DNA of 64,000 bases from Paramoeba atlantica (taxonomy: Eukaryota > Protista > Discosea), in the NCBI GenBank assembly GCA_977017575.1, contig CDRNVI010000140.1, forward strand, positions 310,001-374,000. Direction: 5' to 3'. Under the pieces are notes generated by a model. It searched no databases. It was given only the letters and a program-made list of their open reading frames with translations, and was not told where the DNA came from. Below, piece after piece: positions 25,542-38,639 of this stretch (positions are counted from its first letter, which is position 1; each line of letters opens with the position of its first letter). The position numbers and the translations under genes were made by a program.

Positions 25542-27886
25542 TCAAGAGTCCAAATATCGAAAAGCAACCTCACTTTTGACAATGGAAGTTGGGTCATTAC
25601 TAACCGAAATTAAAGCGGGATTGGAGGAAGGAGCAGGAGCATTACAAAGGAGAGCTCCTGCTTCATGCCATCGAGTATTCAAAGCTGGTCGCTCTCCAAA
25701 CCAGGCTTGTAAATTTCCTTCTTTTTGAAAATTTGAACCAAGGATGATACAACGTGTTCCCTCTTTCCCTTCTGGAGGAATTATCTCGGTGACTGAAGCA
25801 TTTGAGTCAGCTTGCCCTGTGATAATAAAAGTGTGAGAAAACAAACTTCAGAGAGACCAAAAAACCCTTCTCCAGAATAACACAAACCAATGTTAGCAAC
25901 AACCCCCACACCCCCAACCCCACAACCCAAAAACTGACCATTTTAATACCTGACTTTCCACTCAAATACAAGGTATGAGAGAATACTTCAATGGAATTGG
26001 AAACACAGTGACAAGTATGGACTAACTCTGAATGTCCACCCACAAACACTTTCAGAGTAAATTTAATTCTGAAAAACTTTCGTTCAGTCGATTGGAAAAA
26101 TAAAAAGAGAATAAAGAAGGAAAAAAACCTGCAAGAAGATCCCAGCTGTTGCGTTGTCTGCATAATCTTTAATTTTTTGAAGGTCCCAAAATGACTGGAA
26201 TCGACCCGAATAACTTTTGTCCCTTCTAATAATTTTGGAAGCTAAAAAAAAAAAAGAAACAAAGATAAATGTTAAAAAAATCTCTTTCAAAGAAAAAAAA
26301 AAAAGCAAAAAAACAAAGAAACCTCAGCACTGGTATCATTTCGAATAAGAGAAGCTTCAATAAAAAGAGAGCATTGTGGTCCAGGAAATTGATCGTCCTA
26401 TTTTGTTTTTTTAAAATTTTTTGAAACCTAACTTTAAGACGACTTTTTTTTGGTTATTTAATTGAATAAAAAACAAACCTTACTCTCAAGCAAAACAGAA
26501 GGAAACGGTCTCACAATCCTTTGGTAAACGGTCTTTGATGGAGGTTGTCGAGAAATTCTTAATCGCAAATTTCTATTTCATTCAGTGGTAAGAAAACTGG
26601 AGGATAAGAACTTAAATCAAAGAAATTAAAAAGAGACTGGATGATTGGCAATAAAGCATCTGGTATTGTCTGTACAGGAGGAGCCTGTTGAATAAGAAGA
26701 AAAAATTTATCAGTTTTCATTCAATCCAATTTAGGAATTCAAAAGAAAAAAAAGATCAAACTGGTGTTGGAATATCTGATAAAAGAGGTGGTTGTTGAGT
26801 CTGATCACCAAGAGGAACCTCCCCTCCTAAAAAAAGAAAGACAATTTAATTCAATGTGTTAAAAACAAAAGAATCGAATTTTAAGGAGAGTCCTCATACC
26901 ACTACCAAGAACATCACGACTTCCAGAAAGTCGAAGCATACTCTTTAAATCCATGATTCCTAAAACTTCACCACCATCACCAGAAGCCCCCTCGCGAAAA
27001 TCAACCATCAGACGAGCAACCATTTGTGTTTTTCGATCATCCATTTCGATCAACCATTGCGCCAGATCCTGAAGTTCATCGATTGGAAGTTTCAAAATAT
27101 CTATTTTGACAAAAAAGAATTTTTTACAAACAATTCAAAACAAAAAGAAATTATCAAAAAGACAAAAGACCTGCAACATAATGGAGCATATCCCAAGGAG
27201 TGTTCGGCGCGAGCTCTAGGAGCACCTTTCTTTCCAAATGTAAAGGAGAAGCGCGCAATTTTTGGTTGAGGGAACTTAAAGTTTGAAGATCCCATGCTTT
27301 AAACATCTCTTTGAGATTGTGAATGAAAGAATAAGGTCTGGAAACGGAAGATGAAGACGGGGCACCCTCTGTTGGTTGAGGAAAGCCTGTGGGAGGAGGA
27401 TGGATCTCAAACGATGAGAGAGTAATCAGTTGTGTGAAAGTCATATGATTTAAGGTGAGAAGGACAAGATGGAGAGATCGAAGGTGTTCAAGTTGGGGAA
27501 TTCCTCGACTGTGCAGCAAATGATGAAAAAGATCTTTTTCAGACTGCACGATTGATGAGAAAGAAAAAAAGTGAGCAAAAAGCACTCTTTGGGGTCTTTT
27601 GTCTTGTTTTCTTGAAGAGAATTGAATTGAAGAATAAAGAAACCTGATTTTTAAAGAAAGCAGGGAGCTCATCAAACATTCCTTTCAAAACAGGAACACG
27701 TTGATCAGCAGGAATTTCAGGTTGAGCGACCGAACTCAACAACATCAAAGTCTGAGTGTGTTTCTTCCCAACCTCCAAACAAAAAGTATAGACTTCAGAG
27801 AGCTGTTGAACCAGTAATCGAAGAGCTGGTTCAGTTGTGGGGGTCGAACATTCCAACGTCAAAGGATGTAATCCTTTTGTATCCAT
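25542..27886 (-). CDS. Putative transcription factor: ET-like helical domain + CudA/STAT-like Ig-fold DNA-binding domain + IPT/TIG domain
   Basis: Phase-consistent exons give RISRQPPSKTVYQRIVRPFPSVLL, FGTFKKLKIMQTTQQLGSSCRIKFTLK, SNSIEVFSHT and the C-terminal IPT VTEIIPPEGKEGTRCIILGSNF...VAFRY*. IPT is well supported; the DBD and ET assignments come from recalled motifs. Confidence 0.65.
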
Positions 27887-28109
27887 TCTTTTGTGCCTTT
27901 TGGACAAAGAGAAGAAAACAGAAAAACAGGCGGTTTTTCACCAAAAAATTTGGCCATTGTTTTAGAACGCTTTTTTAGCATCGAAAATCTTTTTTTTAGT
28001 CTTCTTTTTCGAGATTTCTTTTTTTAGATTTCTATTTTTTTTCGATTGGCCATTTGCCCATGCCTGTTTCTTTTTTCTTTCTCTTTCCGAATAATTTCCA
28101 GCAGAAAGA

Positions 28110-28604
28110 ATGAGTGGTGGAAGAATGAAACGTTCTCCAAGGATGGAACCAAAACCTTTAGATAATACTTTAATTTCTGTCTCTTCAATCGCAACTTCCC
28201 TTCGAAGAGATGTTGCTTCTGCAATCGAACAAGTTTTTTCTTCTTGTTCATTCTTTTTATTTTTTCTTGTCCAAAATTCTGAATTCCTGCTAACTTTTTC
28301 GGTGGTAGTTGGGTGGAAAATACAGTCCTTCTCTTGATGTATCCTGTACACATTTAATTGTTGATAATACTATGTTTCGTGAAGGTTCGTTTTCTCTTTT
28401 CATTTTTTTCTTCATTCTTTCGTGCAGAACCCCCTAACGAATCATTCATAGGCCCAAAGTATCAGTTTGCAAAACACAAAGGGATCGAAATTGTGACTTT
28501 AAATTGGCTTCGTGATTGTGTCGAAAAAAGAATTCGTTTCAATGAAGACGATTATCGTCCTGAGACCTTGAAAAAACAACAACAAAAACAAAAACAAAAA
28601 CAAA

Positions 28605-28647
<43 letters not shown>

Positions 28648-31600
28648 ACAAAACAGAGAAGCCAATGGAACAATTTTAGATTTGAGTGAGATTTCTGCTC
28701 CAAGCGATGTTGCACCGAATGATGATGAAGATGGCATTTCGATTTCTTCCACTGTGAAAGTACAAAAACGAACCCGAACGTCAGATTCAGGCAACAAAGG
28801 AAAAGAGGAGAAAGTGTTGACTCCTCCAGAATCGAAGAAGAAGAAGAACAAGAAGAGAAAGAATCCTTTTGAAGATTTCCTGTTTATTCATGACGGTTTT
28901 GAAGAAGATGATCAAGTTGCCTTATCCAATGAAATCGAAAGAAGGGGAGGTCGGGTCATGAATTTTCGAAAAGGAATGGAGATCGTAGAAAAGAGAAGAT
29001 CCAGTTCAACAAAAGGGAAATTTTTTCAGCAATCTTCTTGGGAACCTCTTTATTTGGTCTGTCCTCATGGTCATTCACTTGCTCTTGATAATTACCCAAT
29101 TGTAACACCTTCGGTTTGTGTTTTTTTCTTTTTCTTTCTGAGAGTCAAAAAAAGTTTCTTCAAAAATCATCTCATTTTCATTTCCTTTAGTGGGTTGAGC
29201 GATGTTCTATGAGTTCTAGTTTACTTGACATTAAAAGCAATCCGATCTTTTCTCCTTTACCTTTCCCTTATCCCTTGCGGTCGCTTCAAGATTACACTGT
29301 CTATTTAGAAGGCTTTTCCAAGGTAAACTTTTTTATTATAATTTCACTTTAACCCCAAAACATAATAATTGAGGAAAACAGCAAAAATTCGACCTCATGA
29401 GAAATATTTTGGTTACTTCAGGGGCTCACATTACAAGGAAATTTCCAAAGGCAAACGTAATCCTCTGTTCCCAAGAAACTTTAACAGAATGGAAATCTCG
29501 ACAAACAGGGGAAACGGACGACATGATAGATGATGAGTCTTTGAATCAACAAGAACAAGGGAAAAAAAAAAGAAAAAGAATCGAACCTCCTCCACAAGTA
29601 AGCCGAAAGGATCGCAAGACAGACGATTTGGAAGAGCCCAAAAAGAATATTTTGAGCCGTGCTTTAGAGATTCCTCTTCCAATTGTAGATGAACAATGGG
29701 TTCTTGAATCTCTTTATTCTGAACGTAAAGTCCCCATTCCTTCGTTTGAAACTTTATTAACTTCCAAGAAACGAAGTGAAGCTGCTCAAGAAATTGGAGA
29801 GAGAGAGATTTTTGATGGATTTACATTTTTCCTTCCAATGCAACGACTTGAAAATGCGTCAAGGGTATTTTCTTTTGAGATTTTTTTTTTTGAAAGAATT
29901 TTATCTCCAATTCTCACTGTACGGAAATGGACTAACTTAATTCTTTGCAGCTTTATTCTCTGAGTGGACAATTGGGTGCAGAGATTACACTTGAACCGTT
30001 TTCATGCACCCATTACATCCACCAAGGTCCCCCCAAGAGAACGAAAGATTATCTCGCTGCGAAAGAGAGGTTCTCATTGAGCTTTTTTTCTTTCTTTTCC
30101 CCCTTTTTCCTCAATTCTTTTTTCTTTTTGCAGTGGCGCTATGATAGTTTCACCACTGTGGATCTGGGAGTGTGCTCGTCAAGGACAACGATTACCTGAA
30201 TCCCTCTTTCCCCCTGAAGTTCGGGCTGGAAGGACACTTGGTAGTGTGATTGAAAGTAAAGCAACTACTCGGAAGGTCCCTGAACGAAAAAAAGATGAGG
30301 CGATCAAGTCTGCCCCTCAGAGAGCAATTGGAAAGAAAGAGGAAGTGAGAAAAACCCCTGGTCCCATTCTCATCCACAGAGGAGACTCCTTCTCTCTTTC
30401 CAACAAACCCACCCCAACAACAAAACAAACTCCTTCTTCTTTTGTTGAAAGTAAACCCACGCACCAGAATTCCTTTTCTTCAACATCACACCATCTTTTG
30501 CCTGTTGCTCAGGCCATTCTCCAACCATTTTCTCCCATCCAAAAAGTCCACTCGCCAACTCCTCCTGGAGAACCAACAACGACCGGAATTCTTGATGAGC
30601 GAGAACACAATCACGAGGAGGACAGTGAGCACAATCACGATGACCCTGATCAAATTGCGCCAAATAAAAGTCAAGAGATGAGGAGTACAGTCGCCGCTTT
30701 TGAAGAATTGCAACGTCTGCTAAAATCAAAACCATCAAGAAAAGGTATTTCAATCTCAAATTTCAAATCTCTTTTTTTTTTTCAATTTTTCTTTCTCTTT
30801 TCTAACACCCTGTTAAAACCTCTTTCTTTTTCGAACAGGTACAACAGGAACAAGAATAAAACCTAAGAGTTCAATACGACTCCGTTCTGTCTCGAGGGAG
30901 TCAGATTCATCTGAGAAAGAGACAGAAGATGCGAAAAATGATTCCGAGAATGACCATAATATGGTAACTTTAAAAACAAAAGAAGATCGCAAATCCCAAT
31001 CTCCTGTTCCTTCTGTTGTGTATGTCGACCCAATGGAAGCTGCTGCCAGGGTAATTCAGACCTTATTTATCTTTCAGTTCTTGTCAAATTTTTCCCTCAA
31101 TTTTTTTTTTCATGCAGGCTGAATTGGATGGTCATGATCATAAAGAAGGTACCCAATCAGAAAAAATGGATCTTGAGGAGGATAGTTGGGCAAAAGAAGA
31201 AAAAACTCCGCTCAGTTTTTCTTCTTCCTCTTTACCTGTCGCTTCTCTCTCTCCAGATTCATGTACGTTCACATTGACTGGTTTCGACACGGGAGTGGTA
31301 TCATCTTTCTTTCTTTCTTTTCTTTCGATCGATTTTCTTAGAAGTTTTCGATAATATCGTATCATTGATTTTGGTGATTTAAAAATTAACCCTTTTACAA
31401 CAGGCCGAAAAATGGGTTCCTCTCATTCGTAGGTTGGGTGGAAAGTACGAAAAACAAGCGAGCCCAGCTGTTACTATTGTCATTGCGAATAAGTTTGGAG
31501 CTTTCCTTTTTCATTTTGGAGATTTTCGTTTTTGCTAATTTTCTTTCATTTCAGACTCTCGAAAACTGAAAAAGTGATCGGTGGTCTCGCAAAAGGAGCT

Positions 31601-32333
31601 TGGATTCTGATGGAAAGTTATTTAGAAGCTTGCGAGAAGGTTTTCTTTTCTCTTTCTTCGATTCTTTCCTTCAATCTTGGGAAACAGCTCATTTTTCATT
31701 GTTCTGCAGTGTGAAGGCTTTCCAGACCCAGAAAAATATCAATTTTGTTCTTCTTCGTCTGATCAAATTGCAATTGCTGCAAATTACTGGCGAAAAACAC
31801 TCTTTGGAAATTCGACTCAAGGAAAAAGAAAAGAACAGAATGTGGAAGGCGCGTTTGCCCACGTTCGTGCGATGTTTCATGGTCGAGGGAGCGGGACTGC
31901 GAGGTTTGAAGCAAAGAATTGAATGACAATCTTTTGTTTTTGTTTTTTTTTGTTTTTTGTTCATTTTCTTTTTTCTGTAACAGGAGTTTTCAAAATATTA
32001 TTCGGATTGGAGGGGGAAAGATCCTCAAGTATCGTGATTTTGAAACAATCGATTTTCGGGATCCTTTAAATATGGTTTGTTCCTATTTTTTTTTTTTTTT
32101 GAATTCCTGTTTTGATAAGAAATGTCTAATTTTCTATTTCTCAGCCCACACATATCTTCTTTGTTGAAAAACTGGGGGAGAAAGAGAGACGAGAAAGGAG
32201 GAGACTACCGACAGACAACAGCGATCCCCCGCTAGGTTTGATCGTCGAAAGATGGGAGGACAACCGCGTGTTTTGCGGGAGCTACTTTACCATTTACAAT
32301 TATCTTTTGAGCCTTGGGGTTTCGTGGGATTGA
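28110..32333 (+). CDS. TOPBP1: TopBP1/Rad4/Dpb11-like multi-BRCT protein
   Basis: BRCT signatures GGKYSPSLDVSCTHLIV, IVTLNWLRDC, IVDEQWVLESL and IVSPLWIWEC. The C-terminal pair LSKTEKVIGGLAKGAWILMESYLEAC...IAIAANYWRK...VEGAFAH...FQNIIRIGGGKIL resembles TopBP1 BRCT7/8. Confidence 0.85.
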
Positions 32334-32593
32334 TCGAGGGAAACTTTGATCTGTTTTTTTTTTTTTTCTGAGCAAACAACGACGAAAACCTGAGAAACTT
32401 GGAAAGTTCCAAAAAAAGAAAAAAGGGGCCGCTTCTTTTTTTTGGTTCCTGTATGGATATTTATGTTCAAATTTATTGTTAATGTATGGATCACACTTAC
32501 AAAAGTTCCTCTTTTCATTTTTTTCGTGGGTTCGTCCTCGGCCGTGACTTACTTCCCGTTCACAACCTTTTTTTTCAAAAAGTTTCGATTGTT

Positions 32594-34180
32594 TTATTGA
32601 AAAGGAATTTGTCCAAAGACTTCTCTCAGTGGTGGAAGGGAAGGAGGCCGTCGGTCCATCATTCTTCTTGGTGGGGGAACTGCCATTTGTCGTTGGGAAT
32701 GATAATAACCTTCAGAATGGCGAGGGATGTAAGGAGAGGGGGAGACGGATCCTGGAGAGCGTGATGTTCGAGGTCCAGAAGAAATATTTGTCGATGGGAT
32801 TGAAGGAAATAAATGAGTTTTCAATTCCAATTTGTTTTTTACCATGGAAGTGGAACGAGCACGTTGAGTCGTTGTCGGTCCGACTTCTTGAAGAGAAGCC
32901 ACACTTGTTGGGTTAAAATGCGGGTACTGTTCAAGAGGAGATGAGAGAGGAGGAGTTGTTGTTGTTGTAGAATAGACATAATCAGCAAGTGGGAGGGCTT
33001 GAGTTTGTTGCAAATCGGGGGAAAGAAAAGAACTGGGTAATAAAGGGAGGGGTTGTTTAGGAGTGGAACTCATTGAGAGTGGAGGAGGAGGAGGAGATGC
33101 TTGGGGAAAAAGGTATCCATGATGGTGAAAACTTTCATTCCTCTTCATTTCCTTTGATGAAAGTGTCGAGAAAGGAAACGGGATCGAGGACATTTCAGAA
33201 ATCGAAGGGTAAGCTGACACGAACGTAGAAACCAAAGATGATTGAGTGGTGGGGGGTGAGACGACTTGATTTTTGAAAGAAAGATTTTTTCGATCATTCA
33301 TTTCAAAATTCTTGCTTCGTGCAGAAAGAGTGGGTAATTTGTCGAGGGTGGTCGGAGAATAATGAGGAGGTGAAGGTTTCGCAGAGGGAGAAATTTCAAT
33401 AAAAGTTTTTGAAGGTGTTGGAGATTGTTTAGGTGTTGAATTTGAATTTGAAAGTGGAGAAGAAGTACTACTTGCATTCGTCACACTTGGCGAAGGATGA
33501 GAAGGGGTGATACCAACAGGCTGATAGGTTGACGACAAAGGGACTGAAAAAGATGGAGGCGCAACTGAGGGAGGTGGTGTCGAGTTTCCATCAATCTCAG
33601 ACTCTTGGTTGGGTTGTTCTGGGCTTTGGAGAAAACTTCCAGAAAGCCCTTTCTCTTCAAAATAGCTGGTTTCTTCACAGATCAAGTTTTTAACCAGCTT
33701 CAATGTTTGCCGCCACTTCTCATGGTCAGTAATAGGATTTTTTTCAAGGAGAGCTGGAGTTGATCGTTGTCGTCTTGTCTGAAACCAAATCTGAAAAAAA
33801 AAATTTTTAACAAAGTGGGTTTGAATAGAATACGGGGGTGCGTTGTGTGGTTGTCGGTTGATCGAGAAAAATCGTACCTGAAGTTGATTGTACTTCATCT
33901 TAACAAGATCAGCAAGTTTTCTTTTAAATTTTCGAGAAGGATATTTGGAATAGTTAACGAAGACCCACTCGAGGACTCGGACTTGATCAGCGCGATGGTA
34001 CACCTTTCCGACACAGGCGGTTCGGTTACCAACATTCCAAAGCCATCTTCGACGATTGTCGAGCTGGGAGGGTTGAATTCCAACCCTCTTTGCCAATTGC
34101 CCAAAGTCTTCTGTGTTCACCCCGCCAAGAGTTGGTTGGTGGGGAAACTGTTCAGGAGGAACCGCGCCTTGAGTCTCCAT
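32594..34180 (-). CDS. Homeodomain transcription factor with long Ser/Pro-rich C-terminus
   Basis: YHRADQVRVLEWVFVNYSKYPSRKFKRKLADLVKMKYNQLQ|IWFQTRRQR after removing an 87-nt intron (33791-33877). Confidence 0.85.
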   Translation of the reverse strand: METQGAVPPEQFPHQPTLGGVNTEDFGQLAKRVGIQPSQLDNRRRWLWNVGNRTACVGKVYHRADQVRVLEWVFVNYSKYPSRKFKRKLADLVKMKYNQLQVRFFSINRQPHNAPPYSIQTHFVKNFFFQIWFQTRRQRSTPALLEKNPITDHEKWRQTLKLVKNLICEETSYFEEKGLSGSFLQSPEQPNQESEIDGNSTPPPSVAPPSFSVPLSSTYQPVGITPSHPSPSVTNASSTSSPLSNSNSTPKQSPTPSKTFIEISPSAKPSPPHYSPTTLDKLPTLSARSKNFEMNDRKNLSFKNQVVSPPTTQSSLVSTFVSAYPSISEMSSIPFPFSTLSSKEMKRNESFHHHGYLFPQASPPPPPLSMSSTPKQPLPLLPSSFLSPDLQQTQALPLADYVYSTTTTTPPLSSPLEQYPHFNPTSVASLQEVGPTTTQRARSTSMVKNKLELKTHLFPSIPSTNISSGPRTSRSPGSVSPSPYIPRHSEGYYHSQRQMAVPPPRRMMDRRPPSLPPLREVFGQIPFQ

Positions 34181-34592
34181 TCCAGCAGGAAAGACCAAAA
34201 CAAGAATTCAGAGAAAGACAAAAAAAACTGGAAGGCTTGTCACCCGCCGCTCCCGAGAGAGAAGGTGAGTGACATCAGACTAAAAATAGTCAAGACTCAC
34301 AAAAGAAGAAAAAGATCAAATTTCGAAGTTTCGAAAAATCGATCATTTTGGGGGGTTTTTCATTCAATAATTTTCATTTTTTAGAAATCGAATTCCGTCC
34401 CTTTTCCGAATGGTACCGATTTTGGTTTTTTGGGCCCAGCTTTTTTGGACCAGGAATTCCTTTTTTGGGGTTGCCAGATTATCGTTTTTTTTTGTTGGCC
34501 GAGCCACCTTTTTCGATTCTGTGCTTTTGTTGCTTTTTTTGTGTCTTTTTTTGTTTCCTTTTTTTTTTTGTTTTTTGTTTTTTTTTTCTTTT

Positions 34593-36508
34593 TTACTCTT
34601 CTCCTTCTTCTTCTCCCCATTCTTCTTCCTCTTCTTCATCGTCACTTTCGGTCGTCTCAATCGCAGCTCTTCGAGCCAAGATCCGCGCGATGTTAAATCC
34701 CATCTCGCTTTCTTTTGCCCCTTTTTTCTTTCCACCATCATCAACAACTTTTCTCAAAGTCACACCTTGTTGAATTGAAGAGAGTAAGGCACCTCTTGGA
34801 GCGACTTGAGGCGCTGGAGCACTTTTTTTTGGAGGAGGAGCAGTTGCTTTGGAACGAACAATTCCTTGTAATGATGGATCGCTTTTTTTGGGAGGTGGTG
34901 GAGGGGGAGGTGGAGTTGTTGTTGTTGAATGTGATGTTCCCGGTGTTGGTGAAGGTGAGGGGGAGGGTGAAGGAGATTGTGTTTGTTGTGATGATGGTGA
35001 TGGGATTGATGATGTAGTCAAAGGAGGAGGTAATGTTTGTGAAGAAGGAGAAGTGGCTGGTTGGCGGGTTGGCGGGGGTGGTGCAGGAGCTCGTGAACGG
35101 GGATCTTCTCGAGTTTGCTGGTGAGTACTTATTGTTGGTCTATTGGTTGATTCACTTGAATCTATTGAAGAAGATTGTGGTGTTTCCTCTGGGGGTCTTG
35201 GTGGGAGAGGTGGTGGAGCAACCTGTTTTAAAAAATAAATTATTATTCAAAAAAATAAACGAAATAAATAAATTGTTATTCATAAATAAATTAACAAAAT
35301 GGATCAAATGGTTTTTAGAAAGATACCGATACTTCTTCTTGACTTGATGTTTGGGGGTCTGTTGAAGTTTGGGGGATTATTGGTGCTTGAGGGGCTGTTG
35401 GTGTCTCAACTGGTTGGTGTGTTTGTGGTGTGGGTGAAGGGGATGGTGTTGAAGAAGATGGAGATGGAGAGGGTGTATCTGAGGGTTTTGAGAGAGAAGA
35501 TGAAGAAAAAGATTCAGAAGAGATTGAAGACATTGGGCGTGTTGGAGGAAAGTCGATTTCTCCTCCTGCATATTCTCGTTTTTTGATTTTTCGGATGACC
35601 GACTTTTTACGAGTTCGACCTTTTTTCCCTCTTTCCTTCTTCCTTTCTTCTTTCAATCTAAAAAAAAAATCAAAATAAATCTTTTTTCAAAAAAAAAGAA
35701 AGAAGCAACCAAGTGACTCGAATAACAAAAAAAAAAGAACACCAACCTTTTGGCATCTTCATACGCTTTCTGCATTTCTTGCATCCAACACTCGACAAAA
35801 ATATTTGGGTTGGAGTATTTGACAACACAATGTTCACCTTTTGGCACATACGGATCCAAAATCTGCCGACATTTTTCAAAAAAAGAGAGATGAAGAAAGA
35901 GGATTCTGAAAAGAAGACCTCGAATTTTGGGAGAGGTTGGGCGCATCCATAGACATCACGAGTTGCAGGAGATCGTGTTAGTTTTGTTAAAAATTGGTAA
36001 TCTTTGAAGAGAGAGAGAAGAGAGAGAGAGAGAGGAATTAGATTATTCAAAAAGGGAAGAAGATAAACAAAAAAAACAAGACTTCGAAAAGAAAGGAGAA
36101 GAAAAAAGAAGAAAAAACAGTTAACCTTCTTTGGGTTCTACTTGATAAATTAATCGAGGTGTGATCATCATTTGTTGAGATGCTGTTCCTAACAATCTTC
36201 TTTGTAATTCAGGAACATCTTCTTTTACTTTGTTGACTCTTTTTTGGAGCGAGGTAATTCGATCTGATGTTGTGAATGCTTCTGCCATCAACTCATTAAA
36301 CATCTAAATGAAACAAAAAAGATCAGTTTTGGAACGAGAAGAAATATCAATGTGAATGTTTTTCTTTCTTCTTTAAGAAATGAGAAACAACCTCGTGGGT
36401 ATAAAGGAAAAGATGAGAAAGTTGTTCAAGAACTCCCACAAAAGTGTGATCCTTCTCGATGGAAAGCGCCGTGTCTGGTTGTATTTCTCTGTGGACAGAA
36501 AAAGTCAT
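34593..36508 (-). CDS. SCAR/WAVE family Arp2/3 activator, paralog A
   Basis: WHD: VGVLEQLSHLFLYTHE|MFNELMAEAFTTSDRITSLQKRV and YSNPNIFVECWMQEMQK. Pro-rich middle. WH2 RGALLSSIQQGVTLRKV, C region FNIARILARRAAI, acidic A region ending EEEEWGEEEGEE*. Confidence 0.9.
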
Positions 36509-36808
36509 CAACGATCTGTTGGTTGGGAGGAAAAGGGATATCTTTGAGAAGAATCAAACCCAGTGTTAACATTTTTGGGTTTGAAGAGCGACTTAGGCTC
36601 TCCAATCTCTCTCTTTTTGAAAACCATCTGAGAGGAAAAGAAAGAGCGTTTCAAAGGCACAAAAGAACAAAAATCAAAAACAAAAAAAAAGAATGCGCTT
36701 TCTTTACCCAAATAAGGCATTTTCTTGTTTGTTTCCTTCTTGGAAAAAGAAGGAAATTTCCTTTCCGTTTCGAGCTGGTTGGGTTTTTGAGATTGCCGGA
36801 GCGAAGAG

Positions 36809-37828
36809 ATGGATTTTTGTAACGAAGCAAAGGGAAAGGAGGAGGCGGAAAGAACAAGGAGGGAGAGGATCGATGACCAACTCACAGAATTCGCACGAGT
36901 AAAGTTCCAGGAGCTGACTACGTCCATGGAGTCCTCAGTCCGTGAGTCGGTGAAAACCTATGGGATTGCAAGGGGCCATCTCGTGGGGTGCCTCTATTTC
37001 TTTGATGGGATATTTCCTCAACCAGCACTCTTGCAAGAAGATCTCCTAGAAGTCCTTCCTGAACTGAAGATCTTACCTTTACGAGGTATTCCAGGCTCCG
37101 CATCCCTTCTTAGGAATGTGGAGGTGAGAGTTGACCAATGGGAGGATGCTTGGGAGGTGAGGAGGGCGATTCTGGAGAATGGGGGCGAACTTGCAAATAG
37201 ATGGAAACGGGATTTCCGATGGAAAGACATGCTGGACCACCACTTGTGGGCCTTCGAGGTCACTGGTCTTCCAAAAGAATGAGCCCCGGAGACAATTTTC
37301 CAAACACTCTTTATCGACGGGAAATTCCCTGCAAAGGATCTTCAGTACATTGTAAGATCCAGAGGGGGTGACCAGAGAAAAAAGCTTGTTCTGGTTTATA
37401 AGAAAGTCCCCCTTCTCCCAATTTTCCTTCTGAGACATACAGGTCCGCAACAAAGGATGTCCATCAAGCAGCTGAACATCGAGTGGAAGGTCATGAAACA
37501 CCCTCTCCCCTTTGGGATGATTGAGTTTTGTCCTGACTGCAAAATCGACCACGACCGCCACTGGGAGTGCACAACCGAGATATGGAAGGACGACCCCAGG
37601 GTTTTGTCGATAGAAGGAATGCAGGAAACAGAACCAGTTGATTTTCAAAGTATCCCTTTCTTCGAAGCCGATCAGAGCAAGAACTTCAAGTGCGGTGGTC
37701 AACCAACAAAAAAAAGGAAAGGTCAGAGCTCGGAATCAACTTTGGCCTCCTCGAATGAACGGGATAGGAGGAGGAATACAGGAGAAAAAGAGTCTACTTC
37801 ATCCAGCGGTCCTCGAATGAACACCTAG
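36809..37828 (+). pseudogene. L1-type ORF1 (gag-like) with zinc knuckle, interrupted by an in-frame TGA at 37280-37282
   Basis: ORF-track entries 36809-37282 and 37457-37828 are the same frame. FEVTGLPKE*APETIF resembles the L1 ORF1 RRM-region motif. Knuckle CPDCKIDHDRHWEC. Confidence 0.7.
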
Positions 37829-37829
37829 A

Positions 37830-38639
37830 ATGTCGCCTCTGCGGTGGAGCCAAAGAGTCAAGTCTGACCATCTCCTTCAACACTGCCCTCGAGTTACAGA
37901 TTTTCTGAGAATCTTCCAGAACATTTGTAAACTTCATAGAATTTCAACTTGGGTTTCCCACCATGGAGTTTATGGAATCACAACGGAATATCTCAAGAAG
38001 GAAGTTGTCTCATCTATTGGGGCGGCCCTGATGTCGATTTGGATAATAATTAATTTCGAAGGAGCGAAATCAGCGAAGGTAGCTCGGAAGGTTTTTCTTG
38101 AACAAACTGCCAAGTTCAAACTGAAGAAGAAGGAGAGTACAAAGAAAAAAAAAGGAGGGGAAGAAGGGAGAGAGGAAGAAAGGACCATCTTCTGTTAGAC
38201 CCGAGTGGAGAGGAACTCAAGTATATTATGATGGATCGGAAGACCTGACCCTCCAGTAGGAGGAGCGGGTTTTGCGGTGTTTAAAGATGGGAAAGAAATA
38301 ACAGCAGGGTTCGAGACCATTCCCTTTGGTACAAATAATGAAGGGGAGTGTAAGGGAGCACTGATTGGCTTGAGAGAAGCAACAAAGATGTCCAAAGAAG
38401 TGGAAGTTATTGGAGATTGTATGATTCTGACGAATGCAGCCTCTAAAGGACTCACAGTCAAAGATGTTTTATTAGACGCACTCTCTGAGATCAAAGAGCA
38501 GGCCCTCTCATCAACAAAAATCGAGTTCACGCATGTGTTCTGGGAGCACAACAAGAGGGCGGATGCGATAGCAACTGCTGCGAGTATTTCGGAGCAAGAT
38601 GGAAGGATGGCCGCGATATGTCTCGAATGGAACCCCTGA
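37830..38639 (+). pseudogene. ORF2 C-terminal remnant: zf-RVT-like finger + type-1 RNase H, frameshifted
   Basis: CRLCGGAKES/fs/SDHLLQHCP. RNase H reads VYYDGS/fs/PDPPVGGAGFAVF...TNNEGECKGALIGL...VIGDC...FTHVFWEHNKRADAIA, with the D-E-D-D catalytic residues recognisable. Confidence 0.82.

Noticed and set aside
37280-38639. UGA readthrough or alternative genetic code to rescue the retroposon ORFs
   Set aside because: Host genes (TopBP1, LCMT1, the Fz-like gene at 12964) end in TGA, and the element also has frameshifts. Decay is the simpler explanation.
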